Shown: positions 38,401 to 49,055 of the stretch, piece after piece
Layout of the letters: every line of letters begins with the position of its first letter
Position numbering within the stretch: position 1 is the stretch's first letter
Virus record (IMG/VR): IMGVR_UViG_3300009184_000029
Coordinates: 124,001-188,000 of that record
DNA: 64,000 nucleotides
Direction: 5' to 3' (one strand)
Translations under genes and position numbers: made by a program
The notes under the pieces: generated by a model
The model's input: the letters and a program-made list of their open reading frames with translations, nothing else
Told to the model about the DNA's origin: nothing
The model's database searches: none

Positions 38401-39243
38401 ATGGCGACAAATTCACTAGATGCTGTACTCGCTCAGTATGAAAAAGCGAAAAGTGGAGGAAACTCTACAAACAAAATGTCTCAAGAAGACAGAATGAAAA
38501 AATATTTTGCGGCGATATTGACGCAGAATGAAACATCGGGACAGAAACGTCTTCGTATTTTACCAACCCCTGATGGGTCATCACCTTTTAAAGAGGTATG
38601 GTACCATGAGGTACAAGTTGAGGGTAAATGGAATAAAATCTATGACCCAGGTAAAAACAATAACGAGCGTTCACCTTTGACTGAAATTCATGACGAATTG
38701 ATGTCAACAGGTAAAGAGTCCGATAAGGAACTTGCTAAATCTTACAAACCACGTAAATTCTACATCGTTAAGGTTATTGACCGAGATAACGAAGCGGATG
38801 GAGTGAAGTTTTGGAGATTTAAACACAACTACAAGAACGAAGGTATTCTTGACAAAATCATTCCAATTTGGAAGGCTAAAGGTGATATTACTGACCCTGT
38901 TAATGGTCGTGATTTAATCATTGAGTTAGCTAAGGCTAAGACTCCAAAAGGAGCAACTTACACAGTTATTCAAACTGTAATGCATGATGACCCATCTCCT
39001 GTTCACACAGATGCGGAAACTGCTAAGACATGGACTGAAGACCCACTTACTTGGGCTGACGTTTACTCTAAAAAACCTGTTGAATATTTGGAAGCTATTG
39101 CTCGTGGAGAAACTCCAAGATGGTCTTCAGAATTAGGTAAATATGTTTACGGTGATGAGGCATCAGAAATGAGTGTTGGTGGAGGTATGACAATCTCTGA
39201 CCCTCAGGCAGATGCTGAACCTGATGGTGACTTACCATTCTAA
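38401..39243 (+). CDS. Single-stranded DNA-binding protein (T4 gp32-like)
   Basis: LRILP, FYIVKVIDR, DITDPVNGRDL, acidic C-tail ending DGDLPF. Confidence 0.8.
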   Translation: MATNSLDAVLAQYEKAKSGGNSTNKMSQEDRMKKYFAAILTQNETSGQKRLRILPTPDGSSPFKEVWYHEVQVEGKWNKIYDPGKNNNERSPLTEIHDELMSTGKESDKELAKSYKPRKFYIVKVIDRDNEADGVKFWRFKHNYKNEGILDKIIPIWKAKGDITDPVNGRDLIIELAKAKTPKGATYTVIQTVMHDDPSPVHTDAETAKTWTEDPLTWADVYSKKPVEYLEAIARGETPRWSSELGKYVYGDEASEMSVGGGMTISDPQADAEPDGDLPF

Positions 39244-39248
39244 TTTAT

Positions 39249-39294
39249 ATGGATGGACACTTGAATTGACAAAGTGTCCATCCATTCTTATTTT
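39249..39294 (+). promoter_or_regulatory. Perfect 14-bp inverted repeat with TTGACA in its loop; promoter and/or terminator before recA-like gene
   Basis: ATGGATGGACACTT-GAATTGACA-AAGTGTCCATCCAT; TTGACA(39266-71)-N17-TATTTT(39289-94). Confidence 0.65.
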
Positions 39295-39324
39295 TATACA
39301 AACAATTTAAACGAATAGACATTT

Positions 39325-40323
39325 ATGGCAATAAAGAAAAAAGAATTTTCATTAGATGCAATCAAAGACAAGTATTCTACAAAAACTAAATACAAAGACA
39401 CGGAGTTCTATGAAGTCGATGAAGCTTTTCATAGTAGTTGCGGTTTACCTGGTCCTGCTTTGGGTAACATCAATATGTTCTTGGGGCACTCAAATTCTTC
39501 CAAAACGACGGCTCTTGTCAAAGCAGCTGTGTCTGCTCAGAAGAAGGGGCATTTGCCTGTTTTCATTATCACGGAAAAAAAATGGAGTTGGGACCATGCA
39601 GTTGAACTCGGTTTGGTGGCGGAGATAACTGATGGTGAGTGGGACGGACAGTTCATATTCAACGATAACTTCGATTACATCGAACAAGTAACTGACTATA
39701 TCAATGAATTATTGGATGAACAGGAAAAAGGTAATATCCCTTATTCTCTTTGTTTCCTTTGGGATTCAGTAGGTTCAGTACCTTGTAAGATGACATTTGA
39801 TGGTAAAGGTGGTAAACAACACAATGCATCTGTATTAGCTGATAAGATTGGTATGGGAATCCAAGCTCGTATTACTAAATCTCGTAAAGAAGATTATCCA
39901 TATACAAATACAATGGTGGTAGTTAATCAACCTTGGGTTGAGTTACCTGACAATCCATTCGGACAACCAACAATTAAAGCAAAAGGTGGTGAAGCTCTTT
40001 GGTTAGCATCGGCTCTTGTGTTTTTGTTTGGTAATCAGAAAAATGCGGGTATCAACCACATTACCGCAACTAAAAATGGTAGAACGGTATCTTACGCAAT
40101 TAGAACTAAAATTTCTGTCCTAAAGAACCACATTAATGGATTAGGATATAAAGATGGTAAGATTATTGCAACACCACAAGGGTATATTGCGGATACCAAA
40201 GAGGCTCTTGAGGAGTATAAAAAACAATATTCACAATATTGGAACGCAATTCTTTCAGGTACTGGGGAAATTACCCTTGATGAATCTGAAGAAACTTTTG
40301 ACAACGAAAACGAACCATTTTAA
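39325..40323 (+). CDS. RecA/UvsX-like recombinase
   Basis: P-loop GHSNSSKTT, catalytic TE, Walker B WDSVG, VVNQ, KGGEAL, KNH; next to SSB. Confidence 0.8.
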   Translation: MAIKKKEFSLDAIKDKYSTKTKYKDTEFYEVDEAFHSSCGLPGPALGNINMFLGHSNSSKTTALVKAAVSAQKKGHLPVFIITEKKWSWDHAVELGLVAEITDGEWDGQFIFNDNFDYIEQVTDYINELLDEQEKGNIPYSLCFLWDSVGSVPCKMTFDGKGGKQHNASVLADKIGMGIQARITKSRKEDYPYTNTMVVVNQPWVELPDNPFGQPTIKAKGGEALWLASALVFLFGNQKNAGINHITATKNGRTVSYAIRTKISVLKNHINGLGYKDGKIIATPQGYIADTKEALEEYKKQYSQYWNAILSGTGEITLDESEETFDNENEPF

Positions 40324-40332
40324 TTATTGTTC

Positions 40333-41328
40333 GTGAAAAAAACACTACTTGTCGACGGAAACAATTTGATGAAAATTGGATTTCACGGTCTGAAAGATTA
40401 CTTTCATAACGGTGAACACATCGGAGCTTTGTATCACTTTATGAATACACTTCGTAAATTCATTGATGAACAAAACTTTGACAAGGTGGTAGTATTTTGG
40501 GATGGTGAAGACTCCACAAGTTTACGTGGGGTTCTTTACCCCAAATACAAACAAAATCGTAGATTAACAATGGAGGACTCAATCTTTATGTCCTACCTAA
40601 AACAAAAAAATCGTATTAAACAATATCTTGAGGAAGTTTACATTAGACAACTTGAGATAAGTGGTAGAGAAGCGGATGATTTAATCGCTCACTATTGTCA
40701 TGTTTCCGAAAATGAACAGAAATTAATATTTTCGTCAGATAGGGATTTAACCCAACTTATTTCTGAAAAGGTGTCAGTATATTCACCATCTATTAAAGCT
40801 ACTTTTAAACATGGTGACAAGATTAAATTTGATGATTTTGAATTCCCTCATTACAATGTCAAAACATTAAAAATATTAACAGGTGATAAATCTGATAATA
40901 TTGAGGGTATATACCTACTTGGTGAAAAAACATTAGTAAAATTTTTTCCTGAGATACTTGAAAAAGAGGTAACTTATTCCGATATTTTAACAAGAGCTGA
41001 AGATTTATTAAAAGAACAAAAAGATAACCAAACTCTTAAAAATCTTCTAACAGGTAAAACAAAATCAGGTATATTTGAAAACGAATTTTTTGAAGTAAAT
41101 GAGCAAATCGTTGATTTATCAAACCCACTCCTCAAAGACGAGGACAAAGAAGAGATTTCCCAAATTGTTAACGAAACATTAGAAGCCGAAGGTAGAAGTT
41201 ATAAGAATATAATCCGTTATATGGTTGAGGACGGAATATTCAAATACCTACCTAAGGGTGACGATTCGTGGACATATTTTTTAAAACCGTTTATGAAACT
41301 AACAAGAAAAGAAAAACACAAAAAGTAA
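40333..41328 (+). CDS. 5'-3' exonuclease / flap endonuclease (RNase H-like, Pol I N-terminal family)
   Basis: LLVDGNNL, FWDG, YPKYKQNR, EADDLIA, SSDRDLTQL, GDKSDNIEGI..LGEKT; start GTG 40333 (TTG 40327 alternative). Confidence 0.92.
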   Translation: MKKTLLVDGNNLMKIGFHGLKDYFHNGEHIGALYHFMNTLRKFIDEQNFDKVVVFWDGEDSTSLRGVLYPKYKQNRRLTMEDSIFMSYLKQKNRIKQYLEEVYIRQLEISGREADDLIAHYCHVSENEQKLIFSSDRDLTQLISEKVSVYSPSIKATFKHGDKIKFDDFEFPHYNVKTLKILTGDKSDNIEGIYLLGEKTLVKFFPEILEKEVTYSDILTRAEDLLKEQKDNQTLKNLLTGKTKSGIFENEFFEVNEQIVDLSNPLLKDEDKEEISQIVNETLEAEGRSYKNIIRYMVEDGIFKYLPKGDDSWTYFLKPFMKLTRKEKHKK

Positions 41329-41339
41329 AAAAAACAATT

Positions 41340-41795
41340 ATGAAAGAACAACAAGACATTACGAAATTAGAATTCTTAATGACAGTTAACGACAATTTTA
41401 TTGTCCAAAGATTTTTCAACGTTAAAGATTACAATTCAAAATCTTCAAAATCTGTTGAAGTTATCGACCTATTAAATAATTTGGTTGATAGCCTAAAAGA
41501 TGATTTTAAGATGAAGACTGTAACATACATGTTGGATAACCAGTATCAAATTTCAGAAGACCCTGAGATTCTTAACACGTCATTCACTGACGGTCCTGAA
41601 ATGTTTAACATTTACATTAAGAATGGTGACAATGTAATGATGCATTATGGGTTTGATGCTAAATTGTATCCACCTAAAATTAGATATACAGTAGATATTA
41701 GACCTTATCTAAAATCTTTGTTGAATGACTTAACTTATGTTATGTCAAGAAAAAAATTAACACACGAAATGTTGGGGTATCAACTTGTTCGTTGA
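41340..41795 (+). CDS. Hypothetical protein
   Basis: ATG 41340 after A-rich leader preferred to overlapping GTG 41268. Confidence 0.65.
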   Translation: MKEQQDITKLEFLMTVNDNFIVQRFFNVKDYNSKSSKSVEVIDLLNNLVDSLKDDFKMKTVTYMLDNQYQISEDPEILNTSFTDGPEMFNIYIKNGDNVMMHYGFDAKLYPPKIRYTVDIRPYLKSLLNDLTYVMSRKKLTHEMLGYQLVR

Positions 41796-41820
41796 TATTT
41801 AATTAAAAAAGGGATTTATT

Positions 41821-43191
41821 ATGGCTGACAAAAATTTTGAATATTTAGGAGACACTTTTCAATTACAATTACTTAATCAAATTGTAATTGATAAGGATTT
41901 CGCCCACTCTATTATCGAGGTAATGGAACCGGGTTATTTTGAGAACAAGTACTATAAGTTATTTGTTCAAATGGTTAAAGAATATTATTCAAAATTTGAG
42001 CATACCCCTAGTTTCGACACACTCCAACAAAAAGCTAAAAGTGAAATTAGTCAAGAATTATTATTAAAGATAACCTTAGACACAATTAATGATATAAAAA
42101 ACATATCTGATGATGGAAGTCAGTTTGTTCAAGAAAAGGCTCTTAAATTCTGTAAACAACAAGAATTACAGAAAGTTATGGATAAGGCCAAAAAAATAAT
42201 TGAACATGGTGAATTTGAAAATTACGATACTTTAGAGGAGATGGTTCGTGAAGCGTTACAAGTTGGTAATGTTGATAGAGGGACTGGGGATGTTTTTGAA
42301 AATTTGGATGATGTTTTAGCCGATGACTATAGACACCCAATTCCAATGGGAATACCGGGTATTGATAACTTACTAAAAGGAGGACTTGCAAAAGGTGAAA
42401 TTGGTGTGATATTGGCTCCAACAGGAGTTGGTAAATCAACACTAACTACAAAAATTGCGAATAACGCTTTTAATCTTGGGTTTAATGTGTTACAAATATT
42501 TTTTGAGGATAATTTTAAAATTATACAAAGAAAACATTTTACATGTTGGACAGGTATTGCACCTGACGACCTTGGAAATCATAAAGAAAAAGTGTTAGAG
42601 AAAGTTGCGGAGATTAAAGAAACAATGACTAATAAGTTAATTATGAAGAAGTTACCTTCAGATACATTAACTATGGGTCAGATTAAAAATCAAATCCGTA
42701 AAATGATTGCTGATGGTATCCACGTTGATATGGTCATATTAGATTATATCGATTGTGTTACACCTGAAAAGGCTTTAGAAGATGAATGGAAATCTGAAGG
42801 TTCGGTTATGAGAGCGTTTGAGGCGATGTGTCATGAATTGAATATCGTTGGATGGACCGCAACACAGGGTAATAGAAGTTCAATATCATCAGATGTTGTA
42901 ACAACTGACCAAATGGGTGGTTCAATTAAAAAGGCTCAAGTTGGTCACGTTATTATTACTGTGGCAAAATCATTACAACAAAAAGAGTTAAACCTTGCAA
43001 CAATCGCGATTACAAAATCAAGGATTGGTAAAGATGGTGTTGTATTTGAGAATTGTAAATTTAACAATGAAATGTTAGAAATTGATACAGAAAGTACCAC
43101 AACATTCTTAGGACTTGAAGAACAAAAAGAGGAGAGGAATCGAAATAGGATTAAGGAAATTATGGATAAAAGAAAACAACAACAAGTATAA
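41821..43191 (+). CDS. Replicative DNA helicase (DnaB/T4 gp41-like)
   Basis: GGLAKGEIGVILAPTGVGKS, ILDYID, WTATQGNR, KSRIG. Confidence 0.9.
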   Translation: MADKNFEYLGDTFQLQLLNQIVIDKDFAHSIIEVMEPGYFENKYYKLFVQMVKEYYSKFEHTPSFDTLQQKAKSEISQELLLKITLDTINDIKNISDDGSQFVQEKALKFCKQQELQKVMDKAKKIIEHGEFENYDTLEEMVREALQVGNVDRGTGDVFENLDDVLADDYRHPIPMGIPGIDNLLKGGLAKGEIGVILAPTGVGKSTLTTKIANNAFNLGFNVLQIFFEDNFKIIQRKHFTCWTGIAPDDLGNHKEKVLEKVAEIKETMTNKLIMKKLPSDTLTMGQIKNQIRKMIADGIHVDMVILDYIDCVTPEKALEDEWKSEGSVMRAFEAMCHELNIVGWTATQGNRSSISSDVVTTDQMGGSIKKAQVGHVIITVAKSLQQKELNLATIAITKSRIGKDGVVFENCKFNNEMLEIDTESTTTFLGLEEQKEERNRNRIKEIMDKRKQQQV

Positions 43192-43219
43192 TTATTAAAA
43201 CAGAAACAGAAAAAAAATT

Positions 43220-44167
43220 ATGGAAAAAATATTAAAAGAGAACCCAAACAGATTTGTGATTTTCCCAATACAATACAATGATATATGGGAATACTATAAA
43301 ATGCACCAAGCCGCGTTTTGGACTGCGGAAGAAGTTGATTTAAGTGGTGACATTAGAGATTGGGAAAATCTTTCAGAAAATGAACAATATTTTGTTAAAA
43401 ATGTTCTATCGTTTTTTGCGGCGTCTGACGGTATTGTTAATGAGAATTTAGCTGAAAACTTTTACAGAGAGGTACAATACCCTGAGGCTAAATTTTTCTA
43501 TGGGATTCAACTTGCAATGGAGAACATTCACTCATTAATGTATTCTTTATTGATTGACACTTACATCTCAAATGAAGATGAGAAGAATAAATGTTTCACA
43601 GCTTTGGATAACCTACCTGCAGTTCAAAAGAAAGCCAAATGGGCTTTGGATTGGATTGAAAATGCATCCTTCCAAGAAAGATTGGTGGCATTTGCGGCAG
43701 TTGAGGGTATCTTTTTCTCAGGTTCATTTTGTTCAATATTTTGGTTAAAATCTCGTGGAATTATGCAAGGTTTGTGTAATGCGAACTCTTTGATTTTTAA
43801 AGATGAAAATTTACATTGTGATTTTGCAATTCATTTATTGAATAATCACGTAGAAAACAAACCGAGTGAAAAGAGAATTAAAGAAATTCTTTTATCAGCT
43901 TTGGAGATTGAAAAAGAATTTATCACAGAATCACTTCCGGTTTCATTAATTGGTATGAACCAAAATTTAATGAAACAATATTTGGAGTTTGTGGTTGATG
44001 GACTACTTGTTAAATTTGGTTGTAAGAAACAATTTAATGTTGAACAACCATTTAAATTTATGGAACAAATTGCCGTTGAAACTAAAGGTAATTTCTTCGA
44101 ATCTAGAACAGTTGAATACCAAAAAGCAAAATTAAATGAGACCCTCTCATTTACAGATGACTTTTAA
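43220..44167 (+). CDS. nrdB: Ribonucleotide reductase class Ia beta subunit
   Basis: [48 protein letters not shown]. Confidence 0.97.
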   Translation: MEKILKENPNRFVIFPIQYNDIWEYYKMHQAAFWTAEEVDLSGDIRDWENLSENEQYFVKNVLSFFAASDGIVNENLAENFYREVQYPEAKFFYGIQLAMENIHSLMYSLLIDTYISNEDEKNKCFTALDNLPAVQKKAKWALDWIENASFQERLVAFAAVEGIFFSGSFCSIFWLKSRGIMQGLCNANSLIFKDENLHCDFAIHLLNNHVENKPSEKRIKEILLSALEIEKEFITESLPVSLIGMNQNLMKQYLEFVVDGLLVKFGCKKQFNVEQPFKFMEQIAVETKGNFFESRTVEYQKAKLNETLSFTDDF

Positions 44168-44186
44168 TTTACTATCTTTTTAAACT

Positions 44187-46619
44187 ATGATGTCACTAAG
44201 AATTAAAAAACGTAGTGGGGACGATGCGTCGTTTAACCCACAAAAAATTTATAACAGAATTAAACGAGCCGCTAAAGGATTAACGGTTAACTCTGACGAA
44301 ATATTCATTAAGGTAATAACCTCAGTTCCGACTGAGGGTATTATCACAACCAAAGATTTGGATAAGTTGATTTATGAAATTGCTGCGGCATTTACGGGTA
44401 GTCATCATGACTACTCTCGTTTAGCGTCATCAGTGGCAATTTCTTCATACCATAAAGAAACTGACCCAAGTTTCTCAAACGTTATGCATACTTTACATGT
44501 TGATGGTGTTGTAAGTAACGAGTTAATGGGAATTGTTGAATCTTACGGACCTGATAAGATTGATGAAGTAATTAATCACGATAATGATTATAACTTTGAC
44601 TATTTTGCTTGGAGGTCACTTTCTGAAATGTACTTGTTGAAACTACCTGACGGTAAAGTTGTTGAACGTCCACAACATATGTATATGAGAGTTGCTCTTT
44701 GGGTAACAAATACATTCGAGGAAGCGGTTGAGTATTACCAATCTTTATCAACACAAAGAATATCTCCCGCAACACCAATCATGATTAACGCCGGTACCAA
44801 AGTTCCACAACTTGCTTCTTGTGTTCTTCATTACAATGATTCAGATTCTCGTGATGGATTACTGAACACTATGAGAGATATCTCAACGTACTCATCGGAT
44901 GCTGCGGGTATCGGACTATCAATGTCTAACATTCGTAGTAAGGAGAGTCGTATTTCATCTTCAGGTGGATATGCAGGTGGACTTTTGAAGTATTTAAAGA
45001 TTGTAAACGAGTCACTTCGTTTCTTTAACCAACAAGGACGTAGACCAGGTTCTGCGGCAATTTACTTAGAACCTTGGCATAAAGATATCTTTGACCTATT
45101 GGAAATTAAAAAGAACACAGGTGCTGAAGAATTAAGAGCTCGTGATTTGTTTACCGCACTTTGGATTCCTGACAACTTTATGAACGCAGTTAAGAACAAC
45201 GATGATTGGTATTTGTTCTGTCCTAACGATATTATTAAAGCGGGTATCAAACCATTACAAGAAAGTTATGGTGATGAGTACGAATCTAATTACAACAAAG
45301 CCGTTGAGTTAGGTCTTGGTAAGAAAGTTAAAGCCCAAGAAATTTGGAATAAGATTATTGAATCACAAGTTGAAACAGGTGTTCCATATCTATGTTCTAA
45401 AGATAGTGCTAACAGAAAGACAAACCATCAGAACATTGGGGTAATCAAACAATCAAACCTTTGTAATGAGATTTACCAATATACTGACGAGAATACAACG
45501 GCAATCTGTACTCTTTCATCTATGGTGTTAAAGAACTATGTAAAAGATGGTGAGTTTGATTTTCAGGGATTGTATGAAGAAACTCGTAAAGTTGTAAGAG
45601 CGTTAAATAAAGTCGTTAACGTCAACAATTACTCAACTGAAAAAGGACTTAAAGGTGGATTGGAACAAAGAGCAATTGCTATTGGAACACAAGGACTTGC
45701 TGACGTATTTTATTTGATGGATTACATCTTCACATCTGAAGAAGCTCGTAAATTAAATAAAGAGATTTTTGAAACAATCTATTTCGCAGCAATCACTGAA
45801 AGTAACAGATTGTGTATGGATGGTATATATGAACCATATGCTCACTTTGAAGGGTCACCGATGTCACAAGGAGTTTTCCAATTTGATATGTGGGGATTGA
45901 AAGAAGATGAGTTATCTAAAAGATGGCCTTGGGGGATTCTTAAACAGAATGTTAGTAAATATGGAGTTTGTAACTCATTATTCACGGCTCAAATGCCTGT
46001 AGCATCTTCAGCTAAGATTACAGGTTCATATGAAATGACAGAACCCGCTCACTCGGCAATCTTTAACAGACGTGTGGTTGGTGGAGAGATTATGATTGTT
46101 AACAAGTATTTGATTAGTGACTTTGAAAAGATTGGAATTTGGTCTGAGGACTTAAAGAATGAAATCATCATGAACGAAGGTTCAATTCAAAACATTAACT
46201 TCAATAACTATCTTGACCAAGAAGATAAGAGATATAATTTCAAAGTTAAAAGAACTGAACATTTAATTAATAAGTACAAAACAATTTGGGAGATTTCACA
46301 AAGAGAATTGATTGAAATGGCGGCTGATAGAGCACCATTTATTGACCAATCACAGTCAATGAATATCTATATGTCAAACCCAACATTGTCAAAAATTTCA
46401 TCATCACATTTCTATGGATGGGAAAAAGGATTGAAAACACTTTGTTATTACGTTAGAACAAGAGCAATCTCAACTGGGGCTAAACACTTGGCAATGGACG
46501 TATCAAAAATTAATAAACCAAAACCAACTCCTGAACCACCAAAGGTTGACTACAGTTATATGAATTTACCTCCAAAACCTGAGAATAGTGATTTTGATTG
46601 TTTTGGATGTTCATCCTAA
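44187..46619 (+). CDS. nrdA: Ribonucleotide reductase class Ia alpha subunit with N-terminal ATP cone
   Basis: IKKRSG cone, SPATP, QLASC, SNLCNEI, CTLSS, DQSQS, KTLCYY, C-terminal CFGCSS. Confidence 0.97.
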   Translation: MMSLRIKKRSGDDASFNPQKIYNRIKRAAKGLTVNSDEIFIKVITSVPTEGIITTKDLDKLIYEIAAAFTGSHHDYSRLASSVAISSYHKETDPSFSNVMHTLHVDGVVSNELMGIVESYGPDKIDEVINHDNDYNFDYFAWRSLSEMYLLKLPDGKVVERPQHMYMRVALWVTNTFEEAVEYYQSLSTQRISPATPIMINAGTKVPQLASCVLHYNDSDSRDGLLNTMRDISTYSSDAAGIGLSMSNIRSKESRISSSGGYAGGLLKYLKIVNESLRFFNQQGRRPGSAAIYLEPWHKDIFDLLEIKKNTGAEELRARDLFTALWIPDNFMNAVKNNDDWYLFCPNDIIKAGIKPLQESYGDEYESNYNKAVELGLGKKVKAQEIWNKIIESQVETGVPYLCSKDSANRKTNHQNIGVIKQSNLCNEIYQYTDENTTAICTLSSMVLKNYVKDGEFDFQGLYEETRKVVRALNKVVNVNNYSTEKGLKGGLEQRAIAIGTQGLADVFYLMDYIFTSEEARKLNKEIFETIYFAAITESNRLCMDGIYEPYAHFEGSPMSQGVFQFDMWGLKEDELSKRWPWGILKQNVSKYGVCNSLFTAQMPVASSAKITGSYEMTEPAHSAIFNRRVVGGEIMIVNKYLISDFEKIGIWSEDLKNEIIMNEGSIQNINFNNYLDQEDKRYNFKVKRTEHLINKYKTIWEISQRELIEMAADRAPFIDQSQSMNIYMSNPTLSKISSSHFYGWEKGLKTLCYYVRTRAISTGAKHLAMDVSKINKPKPTPEPPKVDYSYMNLPPKPENSDFDCFGCSS

Positions 46620-46635
46620 AAAAATCCGATGTGTT

Positions 46636-46664
46636 ATCCCGAGCTAGGTCGGGATTTTTTATTT
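46636..46664 (+). terminator. Intrinsic terminator ending replication/RNR operon
   Basis: ATCCCGA-GCTAGG-TCGGGAT-TTTTT. Confidence 0.8.
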
Positions 46665-46697
46665 TCATTATGATTTACTGAAAATTTTACAACATTA

Positions 46698-46704
46698 TAT
46701 TTAT
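46698..46704 (+). promoter_or_regulatory. TATTTAT putative late promoter
   Basis: 5 nt before ATG 46710. Confidence 0.55.
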
Positions 46705-46709
46705 TTGAT

Positions 46710-47168
46710 ATGGCAGATGGAAGAACATACGGTATAAATTTTCCTTTTAAAGATTCTTTAAATGGTAAATATTTGGATTTGTCCGATACTGCTGATGAAG
46801 AAATCAGAAGTAATTTAATCCACTTATTATTATCTAGAAAAGGAAGTAGGTATTTTTTACCTGATTTTGGGACTCGATTATATGAATATATTTTTGAACC
46901 ACTTGATGGACCAACATTTACCGATATTGAAGCGGAAATCAGAGATGCTGTTGAGAAGTATATTCCAAATCTAACAATAAATGGAATTAATATAACTTCA
47001 ACTGAAAGTGAAGAGGGGAGTGATGTTGTGACTACAAATCAAGACATTTTAAGAACTGTTGATGCTGGCTCACAATCAATACCTGATTATACTGCGAAAA
47101 TAAGAGTTGACTACACAATAACAAATGATGCATTTAAGAGCAAAGATTTTGTAATAATTAACCTATAA
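46710..47168 (+). CDS. Baseplate wedge protein (gp25/GPW family)
   Basis: IRSNLIHLLLSRKGSRYFLPDFGTRLYEYIFEP. Confidence 0.9.
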   Translation: MADGRTYGINFPFKDSLNGKYLDLSDTADEEIRSNLIHLLLSRKGSRYFLPDFGTRLYEYIFEPLDGPTFTDIEAEIRDAVEKYIPNLTINGINITSTESEEGSDVVTTNQDILRTVDAGSQSIPDYTAKIRVDYTITNDAFKSKDFVIINL

Positions 47169-47172
47169 AAAT

Positions 47173-49011
47173 ATGGCTGAAAAAAAAATATCGTATACTA
47201 CAAGGGATTTCCAATCTATAAGACAAGAATTAGTAACCTTTGTTCAAACTTATTATCCTGATTTAATCCAAAATGTAAATGACGCTTCAGTTTTTTCAGT
47301 TTTATTGGACTTAAATGCTGCGGTTACCGACAATCTTCAGTTCCATATTGATAGAAGTATTCAAGAAACGGTATTACAATATGCTCAACAAAAAAGTTCA
47401 ATATATAATATTGCGAGAACTTATGGTTTAAAAATACCTGGATTAAGACCATCAGTTGCGGTTGTCGATTTTTCTATTACTGTTCCCGCTTTAGGTGATG
47501 CTGAGGATTTAAGATATTGTGGAGTTTTAAGAGCGGGAAGTCAAGTTATCGGGGCAGGTCAAATTTTCGAAACAGTTAACGATGTTGATTTTACCTCACC
47601 GTTAAATGCTGAAGGATATCCAAACAGAGTTAAAATTCCAAATTTTGATGCTAATAATAATTTAATTAATTATACTATTGTTAAAAGGGAAACTGTTGTT
47701 AATGGTATTACAAAAGTATTCAAAAGAACAATAACAGGTAGTGATGCTAAACCATTTTTAGAGTTATTTTTACCTGAAAAAAATGTTTTAGGTGTTACAA
47801 GTGTATTACTTAAAGATGGGGTTAGTTATTCTAATGTACCTACATCTCAAGAATTTTTAGGTACTACTGATAGATGGTATGAAGTATATGCTTTAGCGGA
47901 GGACAGAGTTTTTGTACCCGACACTTCAAAACCCGCTGACCAACCAGGACTTAAAGTTGGTAAATATATCCAAACTAATACAAGGTTTATAACTGAATAT
48001 ACACCTGAAAGTTTTCTTAAATTAACTTTCGGTGGAGGAAACACTTCTGCTGATGAACAATTAAGAGACTTTGCGAGAAATGGTATAAACTTAGATTTAT
48101 CAAAATATCAGAATAATTTCTCATTAGGTTCAACGTTAAAACCAAATTCAACTTTGTTTATTCAATATAGAATTGGTGGAGGATTGGCGACTAATTTAGG
48201 TGTTAATGTTATAAACCAAATTGGAACTATATCTTTCTTTGTAAACGGACCGTCACAGAGTGTTAATCAAAACGTTCAACAGTCATTACAATGTAACAAT
48301 GTTACGGCTGCGATTGGTGGGGCAGATAGACCAAGTTTAGAAGAGGTTAGAAATTATGTAGGATTTAATTTCTCGGCTCAAAAAAGAGCGGTAACCATAA
48401 ATGACTATCAATCAATACTTAGAACAATGCCGTCACAATATGGGGCACCGGCAAAGGTTGCAGTTTTTGAACAAGATAATAAAATTGTGGTAAAACTTTT
48501 ATCATACGATACTAATGGTGCTTTAACAAATATTGTATCAAATACATTAATATCAAATATTGCGAATTATCTATCAAACTATAGAATGATTAATGATTAT
48601 ATCTCAGTACAAACTGCTGATGTCATTGACTTATCATTGGACATTTCAGTTGTTCTTAATTCTACACAAAGTCAGGGAGCGGTTGTTAGTAGTATAATTA
48701 ACAAAGTTACCGCATTCTTTAGTCCTACACAAATAGAAATGGGAGAAACAATTTATATTTCAGAATTAAGAAGAATTTTACAATCTGAAAATGGTGTTCT
48801 TTCTGTTGCAGATATTTCAGTTTACAATAAAGTTGGAGGTCAGTACTCATCATCAGAAACATCAATGAGTTACTCTGATGCGACTACTAAAAAAATACAA
48901 CTTAATGAAGAAACTCTTTACGCAGAACCAACCCAAATATACCAAATTAGATTCCCTGCTAAAGACATTATCGTTAGAACAAAGAATTTAACTACAGTAA
49001 ACATTTCCTAA
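47173..49011 (+). CDS. Baseplate wedge protein (gp6/baseplate J-like)
   Basis: YTTRDFQSIR, IARTYG, GGADRPSLEEVR, AQKRAVTINDY. Confidence 0.85.
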   Translation: MAEKKISYTTRDFQSIRQELVTFVQTYYPDLIQNVNDASVFSVLLDLNAAVTDNLQFHIDRSIQETVLQYAQQKSSIYNIARTYGLKIPGLRPSVAVVDFSITVPALGDAEDLRYCGVLRAGSQVIGAGQIFETVNDVDFTSPLNAEGYPNRVKIPNFDANNNLINYTIVKRETVVNGITKVFKRTITGSDAKPFLELFLPEKNVLGVTSVLLKDGVSYSNVPTSQEFLGTTDRWYEVYALAEDRVFVPDTSKPADQPGLKVGKYIQTNTRFITEYTPESFLKLTFGGGNTSADEQLRDFARNGINLDLSKYQNNFSLGSTLKPNSTLFIQYRIGGGLATNLGVNVINQIGTISFFVNGPSQSVNQNVQQSLQCNNVTAAIGGADRPSLEEVRNYVGFNFSAQKRAVTINDYQSILRTMPSQYGAPAKVAVFEQDNKIVVKLLSYDTNGALTNIVSNTLISNIANYLSNYRMINDYISVQTADVIDLSLDISVVLNSTQSQGAVVSSIINKVTAFFSPTQIEMGETIYISELRRILQSENGVLSVADISVYNKVGGQYSSSETSMSYSDATTKKIQLNEETLYAEPTQIYQIRFPAKDIIVRTKNLTTVNIS

Positions 49012-49042
49012 TCTGAATATTTTTATAAAATAGTAATAAAAC

Positions 49043-49049
49043 TATTTAT
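49043..49049 (+). promoter_or_regulatory. TATTTAT putative late promoter
   Basis: 6 nt before ATG 49056. Confidence 0.55.
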
Positions 49050-49055
49050 AAAAAT

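Noticed and set aside
9496-46619. Introns, inteins or homing endonucleases in pol, helicase, recA or nrdAB
   Set aside because: ORFs are continuous, of ordinary length, without intein or LAGLIDADG/HNH motifs
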